Shown: positions 19,201 through 27,744, numbered from the stretch's first letter. The stretch: 64,000 bases of DNA from an uncultured Gammaproteobacteria bacterium (GCA_964355175.1 CAYHBZ010000002.1:119189-183188); one strand, 5' to 3'. Numbers and translations: made by a program. Notes: generated by a model from the sequence alone, not told the origin.

Positions 19201-20141
19201 GTGGTGTAGCCGGTGGTGATATCACCCAAGGTTTGCCTCGTGTAGAAGAATTGTTTGAATGTCGTCCTCCAAAACGTAAAGCAGTGTTGTCTGAAGTAGA
19301 CGGTACTGTGGAAATTGAAGATGCGGATGGTAAGATTGTTACTTCTTCTACCGGTAAGAAAATATTTGAAGGCCGCCGCGGTCAGAAGATCGTGAAGGTG
19401 CATTTCGAAGGTATGGATGAAATGAAATTGAAGTTTGATAGCGGTGATGAAGTGATGGTAAAAGATGGCGATCAAGTATTGCCAGAACAAACCATCTTGG
19501 TTCGTGGTACATCTGGTGAAGAGATCAAAGCTAAATATGAAACCAAGGTGAAGATTGTGAAAAACAATATGACCCTTTCATATGTTGGTCCAAAAATTCG
19601 CGAATATATCATCCCGTTAGGTTATAAATTGTATGTCAAAGAGGGTGATAAGGTAGTGAAAGGTCAGATCATGACCGACGGTAGTATTAATTTGCAGGAA
19701 TTATTTGAACTATCCGGTCGTCCAGCTGTACAGCGCTATATCTTACAAGAAGTACAGAACATCTATTCTTCTCAAGGTCAGAAAGTAAATGACAAACATG
19801 TAGAGTTGCTTATTTGTCAGATGTTTAGTCGCGTACAGATCGAAGAAGCCGGTGATACTGAATTATTGCCAGGTGAAATCGTAGAAAAAGCTCAGATCAG
19901 ATATGCCAACCTATTGGCCAACAAGAATAAAGGCAAAGAGGCTACCTTCAAAGAATTGCTCTTTGGTGTCAGCCGCGTATCGCTCTCTACTCAGAGCTTC
20001 CTCTCCGCCGCTTCCTTCCAGGAAACAGCCAAGGTGTTGATCAATACTGCTCTTACCGGCAAGATCGATTACCTCGAGGGTCTCAAAGAGAATGTGATTA
20101 TTGGTCGTTTGATTCCAGCTGGTACTGGTTTCAAGAAATAA
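16260..20141 (+). CDS. rpoC: RNA polymerase beta' subunit
   Basis: CYCGKYK Zn finger, NADFDGDQMAVH catalytic motif, GEPGTQLTLRTFH, GLKENVIIGRLIPAGTG. Confidence 0.99.
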   Translation: MQKDSLRNTDFDAIRLRLASPETIRGWSFGEVNKPETINYRTQKPEKGGLFAEEIFGPTKDWECYCGKYKKIRYKGIVCDKCGVEVTTSLVRRERMGHIELAAPVAHIWFLRSVPSKVGLILDVPVQALEKVIYFASFIVSHVDDAGKKLASDQMRQEYKTKKKQIEQEGEAALKKGNDEKASASALEKIQQETERKVLALEQDFTAAEKELKELQVLKILSENRYQELSLRFGHLFEAGIGAEAVYGLLERINIEETIKQIADEQTTSKGTKLERLIRRRKLLNSLRINKIRPEWTIMKCIPVIPPDLRPMVALDGGRFATSDLNDLYRRVINRNNRLRRLLELDAPEVICRNEKRMLQEAVDALIDNNARHSKTVLAATGQKRQLRSLADILKGKQGRFRQNLLGKRVDYSGRSVIVVGPQLNIDECGLPKRMALELFKPFIMGEIIKRELAHNVRSASRYIEAEHDEVWDILEELTQTTRVFLNRAPTLHRLGIQAFHPRLVEGKAIQLHPLTCTAFNADFDGDQMAVHLPLTAEARWEADNLMAAEKNLLKPATGQPVITPKQDIALGCFYLTHHKSTDTAPVKRYFSSPAEAKLAYKIRNITLHERIKIRFTPEEMAGKFPEGTDKLIETSLGRILFNEILPPKISFYNDTITVKKLAEIIHLCLEFYGQQETAYFLDELKNLGYRYVTKSGYSLGASDFPKIEEKPALIAVADKQIVEVEEQYQEGLLTQAERHAKILEIWTATKDKIIANNQQTLDKNGPVYAMIESGARGTWGQLGQVIGMKGLVVSPSGDIIELPVKGNFKEGFDVLEYFISSHGTRKGLSDTALRTANAGYLTRRLVDVAQDVVVLEEECGDTTGEIFSIAQSKEMGEKLSDRVWGRYTLADIKVDGEVVVEKGGVIDGKITRLVDENKVDNIHVRSVLQCKLPKGVCRKCYGFDLAHNKPVEFGTAVGIIAAQSLGEPGTQLTLRTFHSGGVAGGDITQGLPRVEELFECRPPKRKAVLSEVDGTVEIEDADGKIVTSSTGKKIFEGRRGQKIVKVHFEGMDEMKLKFDSGDEVMVKDGDQVLPEQTILVRGTSGEEIKAKYETKVKIVKNNMTLSYVGPKIREYIIPLGYKLYVKEGDKVVKGQIMTDGSINLQELFELSGRPAVQRYILQEVQNIYSSQGQKVNDKHVELLICQMFSRVQIEEAGDTELLPGEIVEKAQIRYANLLANKNKGKEATFKELLFGVSRVSLSTQSFLSAASFQETAKVLINTALTGKIDYLEGLKENVIIGRLIPAGTGFKK

Positions 20142-20149
20142 GATTTTTC

Positions 20150-20182
20150 AAAACACCCCGACTCAATCGGGGTGTTTTTTTG
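20150..20182 (+). terminator. rpoC terminator (CCCGA-N-TCGGG repeat)
   Basis: AAAACACCCCGA-CTCAA-TCGGGGTGTTTT plus T run. Confidence 0.8.
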
Positions 20183-20183
20183 T

Positions 20184-20210
20184 TGTCATCCTGAGCAAAG
20201 CGAAGGATCC
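20184..20210 (+). repeat. TGTCAT-headed REP-like element
   Basis: TGTCATCCTGAGCAAAGCGAAGGATC; related copies at 21185, 23341 and 34305. Confidence 0.7.
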
Positions 20211-20260
20211 CTTCATGCGCTTGATTTTTGGTTAATATATGTTAAAATTATGTTATTATC

Positions 20261-20438
20261 ATTCTCCACGAAACAATTATTTTTTAACAGTGAAACGTTC
20301 GCACAATTTGCAACTCCTTCCGCTCTGGCCGTGAACTCGTCGTTTGGCTCCTCAAACAGCACGGCCAGCCACGCGTCAGGACTCACAAATTGTCTGCTCA
20401 CTTTTTCAATGTTAAAAAATAATTGTTTCGTGGAGAAT
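20261..20438. repeat. long rod-shaped palindromic element in the yebC leader
   Basis: 29-bp perfect outer IR ATTCTCCACGAAACAATTATTTTTTAACA; internal GTTCGCA/GCTCAC loop; AACTCG...CTCAAACAG core. Confidence 0.8.
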
Positions 20439-20455
20439 TCTAAATTTATAAGTTT

Positions 20456-21178
20456 ATGTCAGGACATTCAAAATGGCACAATATTCAACAGCGCAAGGGT
20501 AAACAGGATGCCAAGCGCAGTAGTATGTTTTCTAAATTTTCTAAGGCGATTACTATCGCCGCACAGCGTGGCGGCGGTGATCCCGACTCTAATTTTTCTT
20601 TGCGTATCGCGATAGATAAAGCCAAAGCGGTATCAATGCCAAAGGATAATATTGAGAGGGCTGTCAAAAAAGGTATTGGTGCGGATGGTGGTGCTCAGAT
20701 CGAAGAAGTGTACTACGAAGCTTTTGGTCCAGGCGGTACAGCAGTGATTATTAAATGTCTCACTGATAATAAAAATCGTACCGTGGCTGATGTAAAACAT
20801 ATTTTGACCAAAAATGGTGGCAGTATGGGAGGTAATGGTAGTGTGATGTGGATGTTTGAACAGTGTGGAATTATTCAGTTTGAAAAGTCTAAAATACCGG
20901 GAGGTATGGAGCTTTTTGAATTGGAAATTATTGAAGCTGGAGCGGACGATATATCTATTGAAGGGGATCAAGTAGAGATAAAAACTAAGGTAGAAAATTT
21001 TGGCAAAGTATCTGGTAAACTAAAAGAGCTTGGTATTGAAGCGGACGATGCTGGTCTGCGCTACGTCGCCAAAGAAGAAATGGCCATAGACGAAGAAGTG
21101 CGTGAACAAATATCCGGATTATTTGAAGCCCTAGAAGAAAATGATGATGTGGATGATTATTATACCAACGCCGGTTAA
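20456..21178 (+). CDS. yebC: YebC/PmpR family protein
   Basis: MSGHSKWHNIQ.RKG.QDAKR, MPKDNIERA, YEAFGPGG, TDNKNRT. Confidence 0.96.
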   Translation: MSGHSKWHNIQQRKGKQDAKRSSMFSKFSKAITIAAQRGGGDPDSNFSLRIAIDKAKAVSMPKDNIERAVKKGIGADGGAQIEEVYYEAFGPGGTAVIIKCLTDNKNRTVADVKHILTKNGGSMGGNGSVMWMFEQCGIIQFEKSKIPGGMELFELEIIEAGADDISIEGDQVEIKTKVENFGKVSGKLKELGIEADDAGLRYVAKEEMAIDEEVREQISGLFEALEENDDVDDYYTNAG

Positions 21179-21184
21179 ACCTTA

Positions 21185-21233
21185 TGTCATCCCGAACGAA
21201 CGTGAGGGATCTTTCGTTGCACTCAAGATGACA
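21185..21233. repeat. TGTCAT REP-like element
   Basis: TGTCATCCCGAACGAACGTGAGGGATCT...CTCAAGATGACA. Confidence 0.7.
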
Positions 21234-21241
21234 AAATAAAT

Positions 21242-21745
21242 ATGATTCTAAAAACCGAAATTATACTTGGTATTGATCCTGGTTTTGGCCGTATGGGTTT
21301 TGGTATTATAGAAAAATTAAAAACAGGGGAGTGGAAAGCGCTTGATTATGGTTGTATTGATACATCGCCGAAGAAAAAATTTACCGATCGACTGTTAGAG
21401 ATTAGCAATTCCATAAATTTTCTGATAAAAAAACATAAACCAAATAGAATGGCCGTAGAAAAACTTTTCTTTTCTAGAAATGTAACTACCGCTATTGAGG
21501 TGGCGCAAGCGCGCGGAGCAATATTATTATCAGGCGCGCAAGCTGATTTGGAAATTGATGAATTTACACCACCGCAAATAAAACAAGCTATCACTGGATA
21601 CGGCAGTGCTGAAAAACAGCAGATGCAAAGAATGGTGGCGATAATTCTTGGAATAAAAGGTAAAATAAAATCCGATGACGCGGCTGATGCTTTGGCGGTG
21701 GCACTCTGTGCTGGACAAAGTGCGTGGATTAAAAAATTAAGATAA
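21242..21745 (+). CDS. ruvC: Holliday junction resolvase RuvC
   Basis: ILGIDPG, AVEKLFFSRN, QARGAILL, TGYGSAEKQQM, DDAADALAVA. Confidence 0.97.
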   Translation: MILKTEIILGIDPGFGRMGFGIIEKLKTGEWKALDYGCIDTSPKKKFTDRLLEISNSINFLIKKHKPNRMAVEKLFFSRNVTTAIEVAQARGAILLSGAQADLEIDEFTPPQIKQAITGYGSAEKQQMQRMVAIILGIKGKIKSDDAADALAVALCAGQSAWIKKLR

Positions 21746-21751
21746 TTTTAT

Positions 21752-22681
21752 ATGAATTATATTATTTTAAACAATGGAGAAAAAATGCCAGTATTGGGAT
21801 TAGGTACTTGGAAATCTCCCAAGGATAAAGTTGGGCAAGCGGTCAAATATGCTATTACAGAATGTGGTTATAGGCATATTGATTGCGCTGCTATTTATGG
21901 AAATGAAAAAGAGATAGGGGAGGTTTTTAAAGAGATCTTTTCAGAGGGTAAGATAAAAAGAGAAGATATTTTTATCACTAGCAAATTATGGAATGATTCA
22001 CATGCTAAAAATGATGTAGAGGCTGCTTACAAAAAAACTTTAATTGATTTGCAACTAGATTATTTGGATTTATATCTTGTGCACTGGGCCGTGGCCTCGC
22101 CGAAAGGTTTGGGTGGGGACCCGGTTGATGAAAATGGCGTCATTATTATTGATCCAATTTCTACTCAGGAAACTTGGCAGGCAATGGAAAAATTACTGTC
22201 AGATGGGTTGGTTAAATCAATTGGAGTTGCTAATTTTACTGGTCCGTTGTTGATAGATTTGCTGACGTATGCCAAAATTATTCCTGCTGTTAATCAGATT
22301 GAATTACATCCGTATAATCAACAGTCTAAATTAGTAGATTTTTGCAAATATAAAAAAATCGCAGTTACCGCTTATTCGCCTTTGGGTTCGCCGGCCAATA
22401 ACAAAAAACAAGAAAATCCACCTAGATTGTTTGATGATGAAAAAATAAAATATTTAGCGAATAAATATAATAAAATTCCAGCACAGATTTTAATTAGATG
22501 GGCAATCCAACGCGGTACAATCGCTATTCCAAAAAGTGTTACTCCGGAAAATATTAAAAATAATATTAAAATTTTTGATTTTGAGTTATCCGATGATGAT
22601 ATGGATGAAATATCAAAATTAGATAAACGTCATCGTTTTATTGATCCGAGCCAGTGGTGGGGTATTCCATATTTTGATTAA
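21752..22681 (+). CDS. aldo/keto reductase
   Basis: MPVLGLGTW, GYRHIDCAAIYGNE, FITSKLWN, LDYLDLYLVHW, KSIGVANF, IPKS. Confidence 0.95.
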   Translation: MNYIILNNGEKMPVLGLGTWKSPKDKVGQAVKYAITECGYRHIDCAAIYGNEKEIGEVFKEIFSEGKIKREDIFITSKLWNDSHAKNDVEAAYKKTLIDLQLDYLDLYLVHWAVASPKGLGGDPVDENGVIIIDPISTQETWQAMEKLLSDGLVKSIGVANFTGPLLIDLLTYAKIIPAVNQIELHPYNQQSKLVDFCKYKKIAVTAYSPLGSPANNKKQENPPRLFDDEKIKYLANKYNKIPAQILIRWAIQRGTIAIPKSVTPENIKNNIKIFDFELSDDDMDEISKLDKRHRFIDPSQWWGIPYFD

Positions 22682-22684
22682 ATT

Positions 22685-23335
22685 ATGTTAAAAGTTTTAT
22701 ACGAAGACAATCACCTAATCGCTGTATTCAAACCGGCCGGTGTTTTGGTACAAGGGGATGATACCGGGGATGAATGTCTAATGGATGAAGTGAAAGATTA
22801 TATCAAAGAAAAATATAATAAGCCTGGGCAGGTATTTTTGGGGCTTTTGCATAGATTGGATCGTCCGGTGTCGGGGGTAGTTTTATTTTCCAAAACCAGT
22901 AAGGGAGCCGCTAGATTATCCGAGCAGATTCGTAGTCATACAGTGCAGAAAACTTACCGGTGTCTGGTAGAGGGTAAGCTTAAAAAAGAAAAAGGCACTT
23001 TGGTAAATTGGCTCAGAAAAGATGAACAAAAAAATAAGACCACTGTTTTTGATGTAGAAAGAGGGGATGCAATGTATGCTGAATTGGATTACAAGGTATT
23101 AAAGACTGATGGTAAAAATTCACTGCTGGAAATTAATCTCAAGACCGGTCGTCCACACCAGATTCGCTCCCAGCTGGCGCATCTAGGGCATCCGATAATT
23201 GGCGATCTAAAATACGGCGCCAGATATGCCAATCCAGATAAATCCATTTCACTTTGTTCAACTTCTTTCACTTTTGAAACCGCTACTGGTGGAGAAACAA
23301 AAACAGCGACTGTAGAGCCGCCGTTTTCTCTATAA
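22685..23335 (+). CDS. RluA family RNA pseudouridine synthase
   Basis: LYEDNHLIAVFKPAG, HRLDRPVSG, TGRPHQIRSQLA..GHPIIGD.KYG. Confidence 0.94.
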   Translation: MLKVLYEDNHLIAVFKPAGVLVQGDDTGDECLMDEVKDYIKEKYNKPGQVFLGLLHRLDRPVSGVVLFSKTSKGAARLSEQIRSHTVQKTYRCLVEGKLKKEKGTLVNWLRKDEQKNKTTVFDVERGDAMYAELDYKVLKTDGKNSLLEINLKTGRPHQIRSQLAHLGHPIIGDLKYGARYANPDKSISLCSTSFTFETATGGETKTATVEPPFSL

Positions 23336-23414
23336 CATTTTGTCATTCCCGTGAAAACGGGAATCTAATGAATTAATGTGGATTCCCGTTTTCACGGGAA
23401 TGACAAAATGTTAT
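23331..23414. repeat. inverted REP doublet acting as a probable bidirectional terminator
   Basis: TGTCATTCCCGTGAAAACGGGAATC...GATTCCCGTTTTCACGGGAATGACA between convergent genes; symmetry extends into both stop codons. Confidence 0.85.
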
Positions 23415-24106
23415 ATTTTCTCAAAGAGCGGTTTATATATATCTTCCTTGATATCTATTTTTAATTCTGTGTGATTTATCTTGTATGTGAATTCTATTGG
23501 CGCGTCCGATATTACGCAGAGCGGTTGTTTTTCTGTGCCTTCGCCCATCACCAGTACGGCGGCGGTAGCCAGACTATCGGCAATATCGGTTTTGGAAAAT
23601 TCAAATGGTCGTCCGAATAAATCCGGTTTACCAATATAATTTTTTATCCCTTTGAACCCGGCGTATCCTAGAGAGATGCCGACCACGCCGGCGCGTAGAG
23701 GCAATAGGCGACTATCGGTAACGATTACCCCTAGTTTTTTGAGACGATATTTTTTTCGTATGTGATCACGAATTATTTTGGCACTGGCGTAGCTATTCTG
23801 TGGTAATAATATTAATTTGCCATTGGCGTTGGATTCGTCCACGCCGGCGTTGGCCAATACATCACCATCTTTTATCGTAAGGTATACATATTTGGTTTTT
23901 ACACCCCAATCACTTTCTTTTTTTATGATAGCGTCTTTTTCTTTTTCATTTTTTACCACACAAAATCTGCCCTCTGATAAAGCAATAATTTTGGAAGTTA
24001 CTACTACGACATCTTTCTCTTTTATTTTGGGTAAATATTTATCCAAAAAATCCAAAAGATTTTCGTTTTCTTTAAACAGTTTGGTTTTGAACGGTTGGAC
24101 TAGCAT
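23411..24106 (-). CDS. CofE-like (F420:gamma-glutamyl ligase family) protein
   Basis: DVVVVTSKIIALSEGR, ANAGVDESN, GVIVTDS...PLR.GVVG..LG..G, D.LATAAVLVMGEG.E..P. Confidence 0.88.
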   Translation of the reverse strand: MLVQPFKTKLFKENENLLDFLDKYLPKIKEKDVVVVTSKIIALSEGRFCVVKNEKEKDAIIKKESDWGVKTKYVYLTIKDGDVLANAGVDESNANGKLILLPQNSYASAKIIRDHIRKKYRLKKLGVIVTDSRLLPLRAGVVGISLGYAGFKGIKNYIGKPDLFGRPFEFSKTDIADSLATAAVLVMGEGTEKQPLCVISDAPIEFTYKINHTELKIDIKEDIYKPLFEKI

Positions 24107-24752
24107 TTTCTTTTCCTTTTAATAAACGAATACCGACATAGCTGAAAGGAGTGAACAAGAAGCCCATCATTACTTTGTAGATCCACCATGGTATGATGAT
24201 CATAATCAAAGTTTTGAGCGGATACACGCCGTAGAAAGCCACAAACATGAAAATTACAGTATCAAGCAATTGAGACCATATATTGGAAAGATTGGCGCGG
24301 ATCCAAAAATATTTGGCGCCGATATTCTTTTTGAAGAAAAAGAAAGACAATACATCCTGGTATTCACCGATAATATAAGCCAGGAGTGAAGCGATAGAAA
24401 TACGAGCAGAAAGGCCAAATACGGTATCGTAGCTTTCTTTGACCCATAGCGCGCGACTACCCCAAGGAGCAATGTAGGAAATGCCAGAGTAGATCAAAAA
24501 TAGTAGAATGCTCAGAGCGCCGGCAATTACGAACATGCGAGCCGTTTTTTTGCCGTAGACTTCACCGATGACATCGGTGGTCATAAATACAAAAGGGAAA
24601 GAAAATACCGCTACCGAAATTTGTGTACCCCACAAAAACGGCATAAGTTTGGTGCCCAAAGTATTGGAGGCAAAAAGCGATACAATATATATAGTTAAGG
24701 CGATTACTAGTTTAAGTGAGAATTCCGTTTTTTCCTGTTTGGTTTCCATCAT
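24072..24752 (-). CDS. queuosine precursor transporter (YhhQ/Vut_1 family)
   Basis: SN..G.K, FPFVF.TTDVIGEVYGKK.AR, RISIASLLAYIIGE..D, W.R.N.SN..SQLLDTVIF...AFYG. Confidence 0.9.
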   Translation of the reverse strand: MMETKQEKTEFSLKLVIALTIYIVSLFASNTLGTKLMPFLWGTQISVAVFSFPFVFMTTDVIGEVYGKKTARMFVIAGALSILLFLIYSGISYIAPWGSRALWVKESYDTVFGLSARISIASLLAYIIGEYQDVLSFFFFKKNIGAKYFWIRANLSNIWSQLLDTVIFMFVAFYGVYPLKTLIMIIIPWWIYKVMMGFLFTPFSYVGIRLLKGKENASPTVQNQTV

Positions 24753-25579
24753 AGGATTTGTTTTAAGATATTATTTATAAAATTAAAGTCTCCATCTTCT
24801 CCTATTACTACATCAAATTTTGGCGCAAATTTTTCTTCCAGTTCTTTTTTGTTGGCAAAAGCAATGGTGAGAAGATTGGTATAGTCAAAACCCTCAATCA
24901 TGCCCAGGTCGTCAATTTGATCGCCAAGTAAAATGACATTTGTTCTTTCTTTGAGCTTTTCAAAGAAAGGGAATTCTCGCAAAATTATTTCATATTTATT
25001 TTGTGAATGAATAATAGGTTTTTTGTAATTTATCATGTAGTCTTCAGCGTCGTATTCGTAATAGTTGGCTACAATATGAACATTGTCGGTAAGTATACCG
25101 CACAATTTCAATTGTTTTTCAATCATATAAGCCACACCACCCGACATTATTATTACCGGCACATTGTATTGGTGTAGTAGCTGAAAAGCTTCCACCACCC
25201 CAGCGCGTAGTTGGAGGTGTCCGGCCGCCATGGCGGCATCCATATCACGCTTGTTGAGCTTGGAGTGAATTAGGAGCTCGCTATGTTTTATCCACCATTC
25301 TTCCATTTTTATTAATCGCTCAGCGCGGGGGATAGATTGATCATGTTCAAGCGGATGATATTTCTCAAAAAGTTCATAAGATGCGGCGGCGTATTCGGGT
25401 GTGAGGTGGCCGCCGGCGCGCAACAGACCAATAATTGATCCGACCGGCTTTCCATCTATATAGGCCACTTCGCTGAGGGTCTTATCAAAGTCCGCCAAGA
25501 TATGCAGTTTAGGGGCTTTGCCTTCAGCCATCTTTTTTATCACGGCCGCAAGTTTTGCTTCATTATATATGAGATTCAT
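24749..25579 (-). CDS. pyrimidine 5'-nucleotidase / cN-III (UMPH-1) family HAD hydrolase
   Basis: ADFDKTLS, KYHPLE.D, MEEWW.K..ELL, LR.G, IMSGG, IHSQNK, NVILLGDQIDDLGM. Confidence 0.88.
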   Translation of the reverse strand: MNLIYNEAKLAAVIKKMAEGKAPKLHILADFDKTLSEVAYIDGKPVGSIIGLLRAGGHLTPEYAAASYELFEKYHPLEHDQSIPRAERLIKMEEWWIKHSELLIHSKLNKRDMDAAMAAGHLQLRAGVVEAFQLLHQYNVPVIIMSGGVAYMIEKQLKLCGILTDNVHIVANYYEYDAEDYMINYKKPIIHSQNKYEIILREFPFFEKLKERTNVILLGDQIDDLGMIEGFDYTNLLTIAFANKKELEEKFAPKFDVVIGEDGDFNFINNILKQIL

Positions 25580-25644
25580 ACAAATTGACCGAGCTTACTA
25601 TATATAGTAGAATTATTTAACATCCTAACCGCCGTATATTAGCT

Positions 25645-25675
25645 TGAATTATAGAGAAAATCACCCTTTTGGTCA
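25645..25675 (-). promoter_or_regulatory. promoter of the nucleotidase-yhhQ-cofE operon
   Basis: minus strand TTGACC-17 bp-TATAAT. Confidence 0.65.
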
Positions 25676-25677
25676 AT

Positions 25678-26946
25678 ATGATAAAGCGAATTGTCGACCT
25701 CCATATCCATTCTAAATATGCGCGTGCTTGCTCGCCTTTGCTTGAAATTCCCAATATTGCCAAAGCTTGTGAACAGAAGGGCATAAATATTTGTGGTACC
25801 GGGGATTTTACGCATCCTTCTTGGTTTGCGCATTTGGAAAAAGAACTAAAAGAGATAGGTAATACCGGTCTTTATGCCTGGAAAAATGGCCAGAGTCCGA
25901 CTAGGTTTATTTTGACCAGCGAGATTGCTTGTATTTATAAACATAAAGACAAAGTACGCCGTATGCATCTGATTTTGGTTGCCCCTAGTTTGGAAGCGGC
26001 CGCAAAATTAAATGAAGCTTTTGTTGGGCGTAAGGTAAATTTGCGCTCCGATGGCCGCCCTATCATGGGTTTGCACGCCAAAGAAGTGCTCAAAATGATG
26101 ATCGCGATAGACAAACGCTTTATGCTCATTCCGGCCCATGCCTGGACCCCTTGGTTTGCGGTGTTTGGATCTAAATCAGGGTATGACAGCCTAGAAGAAT
26201 GCTTTGAAGAATTGACACCACATATCAAAGCGATAGAAACTGGGCTATCTAGTGATCCGACTATGAATCACCAGCTTCGCCAGCTGGATAATATTGTGCT
26301 TATATCCAATTCAGATGCTCACAGCTTGGATAATCTTGGGCGTGAAGCCAATGTATTTGCTTTTGAAAAAGAAAAAGATATCACTTATGATGGCGTACGC
26401 GACTGTATCGAAAGCAATGATCAAAAAAAGTTTTTATATACTATCGAATTTTATCCGGAAGAAGGTATGTATCATGTTGATGGTCACCGTATCTGTAAAG
26501 TAAGTATGGAACCAAAAGAAACCAAGAAAAATAAAAACATTTGTCCGGTATGTAAAAAATCATTGACCATAGGCGTATTGCATCGGGTGTCGGATCTGGC
26601 CGATCGCGAGGTCAAAGATATTAAACCCGGTAAATTTATCCCACATAAATATATTGTGCCGTTGCGTGAGATTATCGCGGAAGCATTTGAAGTGGGTAAA
26701 GGAAGTAAAAAGGTAGATACCGAATATAAAAGCATGATAAGTAATCTTGGAAGCGAATTTTTTATTTTACTCGATGCGAATTTGGAAGAAATAAAAGAAG
26801 TTGTAAGTAATCCTAATATTTATATTGGTATAAAAAATATGCGGGCGCAGGATGTGGTGGCTACCCCTGGATTTGATGGCCAGTATGGTAAAGTAAAAAC
26901 TATTAAAACCCCTATAAAAACAGCCAAACAAGCGAAATTGATATAA
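25678..26946 (+). CDS. endonuclease Q family (TIGR00375-like PHP domain) protein
   Basis: DLHIHSKYARACS, GTGDFTHP.W, PAHAWTPWF, ETGLSSDP, SNSDAHS, GMYH.DGHR.C, CPVC...LTIGV. Confidence 0.9.
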   Translation: MIKRIVDLHIHSKYARACSPLLEIPNIAKACEQKGINICGTGDFTHPSWFAHLEKELKEIGNTGLYAWKNGQSPTRFILTSEIACIYKHKDKVRRMHLILVAPSLEAAAKLNEAFVGRKVNLRSDGRPIMGLHAKEVLKMMIAIDKRFMLIPAHAWTPWFAVFGSKSGYDSLEECFEELTPHIKAIETGLSSDPTMNHQLRQLDNIVLISNSDAHSLDNLGREANVFAFEKEKDITYDGVRDCIESNDQKKFLYTIEFYPEEGMYHVDGHRICKVSMEPKETKKNKNICPVCKKSLTIGVLHRVSDLADREVKDIKPGKFIPHKYIVPLREIIAEAFEVGKGSKKVDTEYKSMISNLGSEFFILLDANLEEIKEVVSNPNIYIGIKNMRAQDVVATPGFDGQYGKVKTIKTPIKTAKQAKLI

Positions 26947-26972
26947 TATAAGTACAAAAATAAAAAGCAAAT

Positions 26973-27001
26973 AAAAAATCCGCAATTAAGCGGATTTTTT
27001 T
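26973..27001. terminator. bidirectional terminator
   Basis: AAAAAATCCGC-AATTAA-GCGGATTTTTT between convergent genes. Confidence 0.75.
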
Positions 27002-27007
27002 GAAGAA

Positions 27008-27112
27008 CTATTTCTTCTTTTTAGCAGCTTTCTTTTTCTTTGGAGCAGCTTTTCTCTTTTTAGGAGCAGCTTTCTTCGCTTTAGCTTTTTTTACTTTTTT
27101 AGCTTTTGGCAT
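27008..27112 (-). CDS. 34-aa Lys/Ala/Pro histone-H1-like basic peptide
   Basis: [34 protein letters not shown]; strong SD AGGAGGTGA just upstream; followed by a terminator; absent from the ORF track. Confidence 0.8.
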   Translation of the reverse strand: MPKAKKVKKAKAKKAAPKKRKAAPKKKKAAKKKK

Positions 27113-27324
27113 AATGTTTCACCTCCTGGGTACTCTCTTTAAAGTGAGAGTCTTTTAATTTTTTCTACTCGCGAGTGCGAGAAAAAATTTTTTAGAAGAA
27201 TCTTTTTACAAGACAAGCATTGTTGTAAAAAAATTTTTTCTTTCGACCTACATATATTATAATCTTTTCCTTTGGAAAATGGAATAGTATTTGGGAAAGT
27301 TATACACAGGGTGTCAATGGAATC

Positions 27325-27509
27325 TAATTTATAAAATATTTTAATTTATTTTTATACTTTGCTTCGCTTTGGACAAATTGAAAATTTTTTCTTTACGTAA
27401 AATGCATAACTCGCTTCGCTCAAACAGATGCATTTTACTAAAAAAATTCTCAATTTGTTTCCAAGAGCTTCGCAGAGTATAAAAATAAATTAAAATATTT
27501 TATAAATTA
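27325..27509. repeat. long rod-shaped palindromic element
   Basis: about 35-bp outer IR TAATTTATAAAATATTTTAATTTATTTTTATACT; GCTTCGC internal loops; core AACTCGCTTCGCTCAAACAG at 27408-27427. Confidence 0.8.
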
Positions 27510-27561
27510 AAAAACTTTATTCTTTAAATAAAAAAATAACACTTTGTAGTGTTATTTGTTG

Positions 27562-27633
27562 TGCCCTCGGCAGGAGTCGAACCCACATCCCCAGGTTCGA
27601 AGCCTGGTGTCCTATCCGTTGAACGACAAGGGC
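27562..27633 (-). tRNA. tRNA-Arg (TCG)
   Basis: GCCCTTG/CGAGGGC acceptor stem, CCAGG-CTTCGAA-CCTGG anticodon arm, GGTTCGACTCC. Confidence 0.94.
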
Positions 27634-27662
27634 GTAAAACCCTCGTCAATGCGAGGGTTAAG

Positions 27663-27735
27663 TGGGCCGGCCGGGGATCGAACCCGGGACCTTATCCTTA
27701 AGAGGGATCTGCTCTACCAGCTGAGCTACCGGCCC
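27663..27735 (-). tRNA. tRNA-Lys (CTT)
   Basis: GGGCCGG/CCGGCCC acceptor stem, GCTC/GAGC D stem, ATCC-CTCTTAA-GGAT anticodon arm, GGTTCGATCCC. Confidence 0.95.
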
Positions 27736-27744
27736 GAAAGGTGA

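Noticed and set aside
20172-20615. ORFs spanning the rpoC-yebC intergenic region
   Set aside because: Artefacts of the palindromic element; both strands translate to the same LKNNCFVEN peptide.
25580-25645. preQ1 riboswitch expected upstream of the YhhQ operon
   Set aside because: The leader lacks the P1 stem with GGUUC..CCC loop and A-rich tail; only a short TACTATA/TATAGTA hairpin is seen.
1480-27308. Replication origin suggested by DnaA boxes (1480, 5861, 12427, 27300)
   Set aside because: The boxes are isolated, not clustered, with no dnaA/dnaN context.
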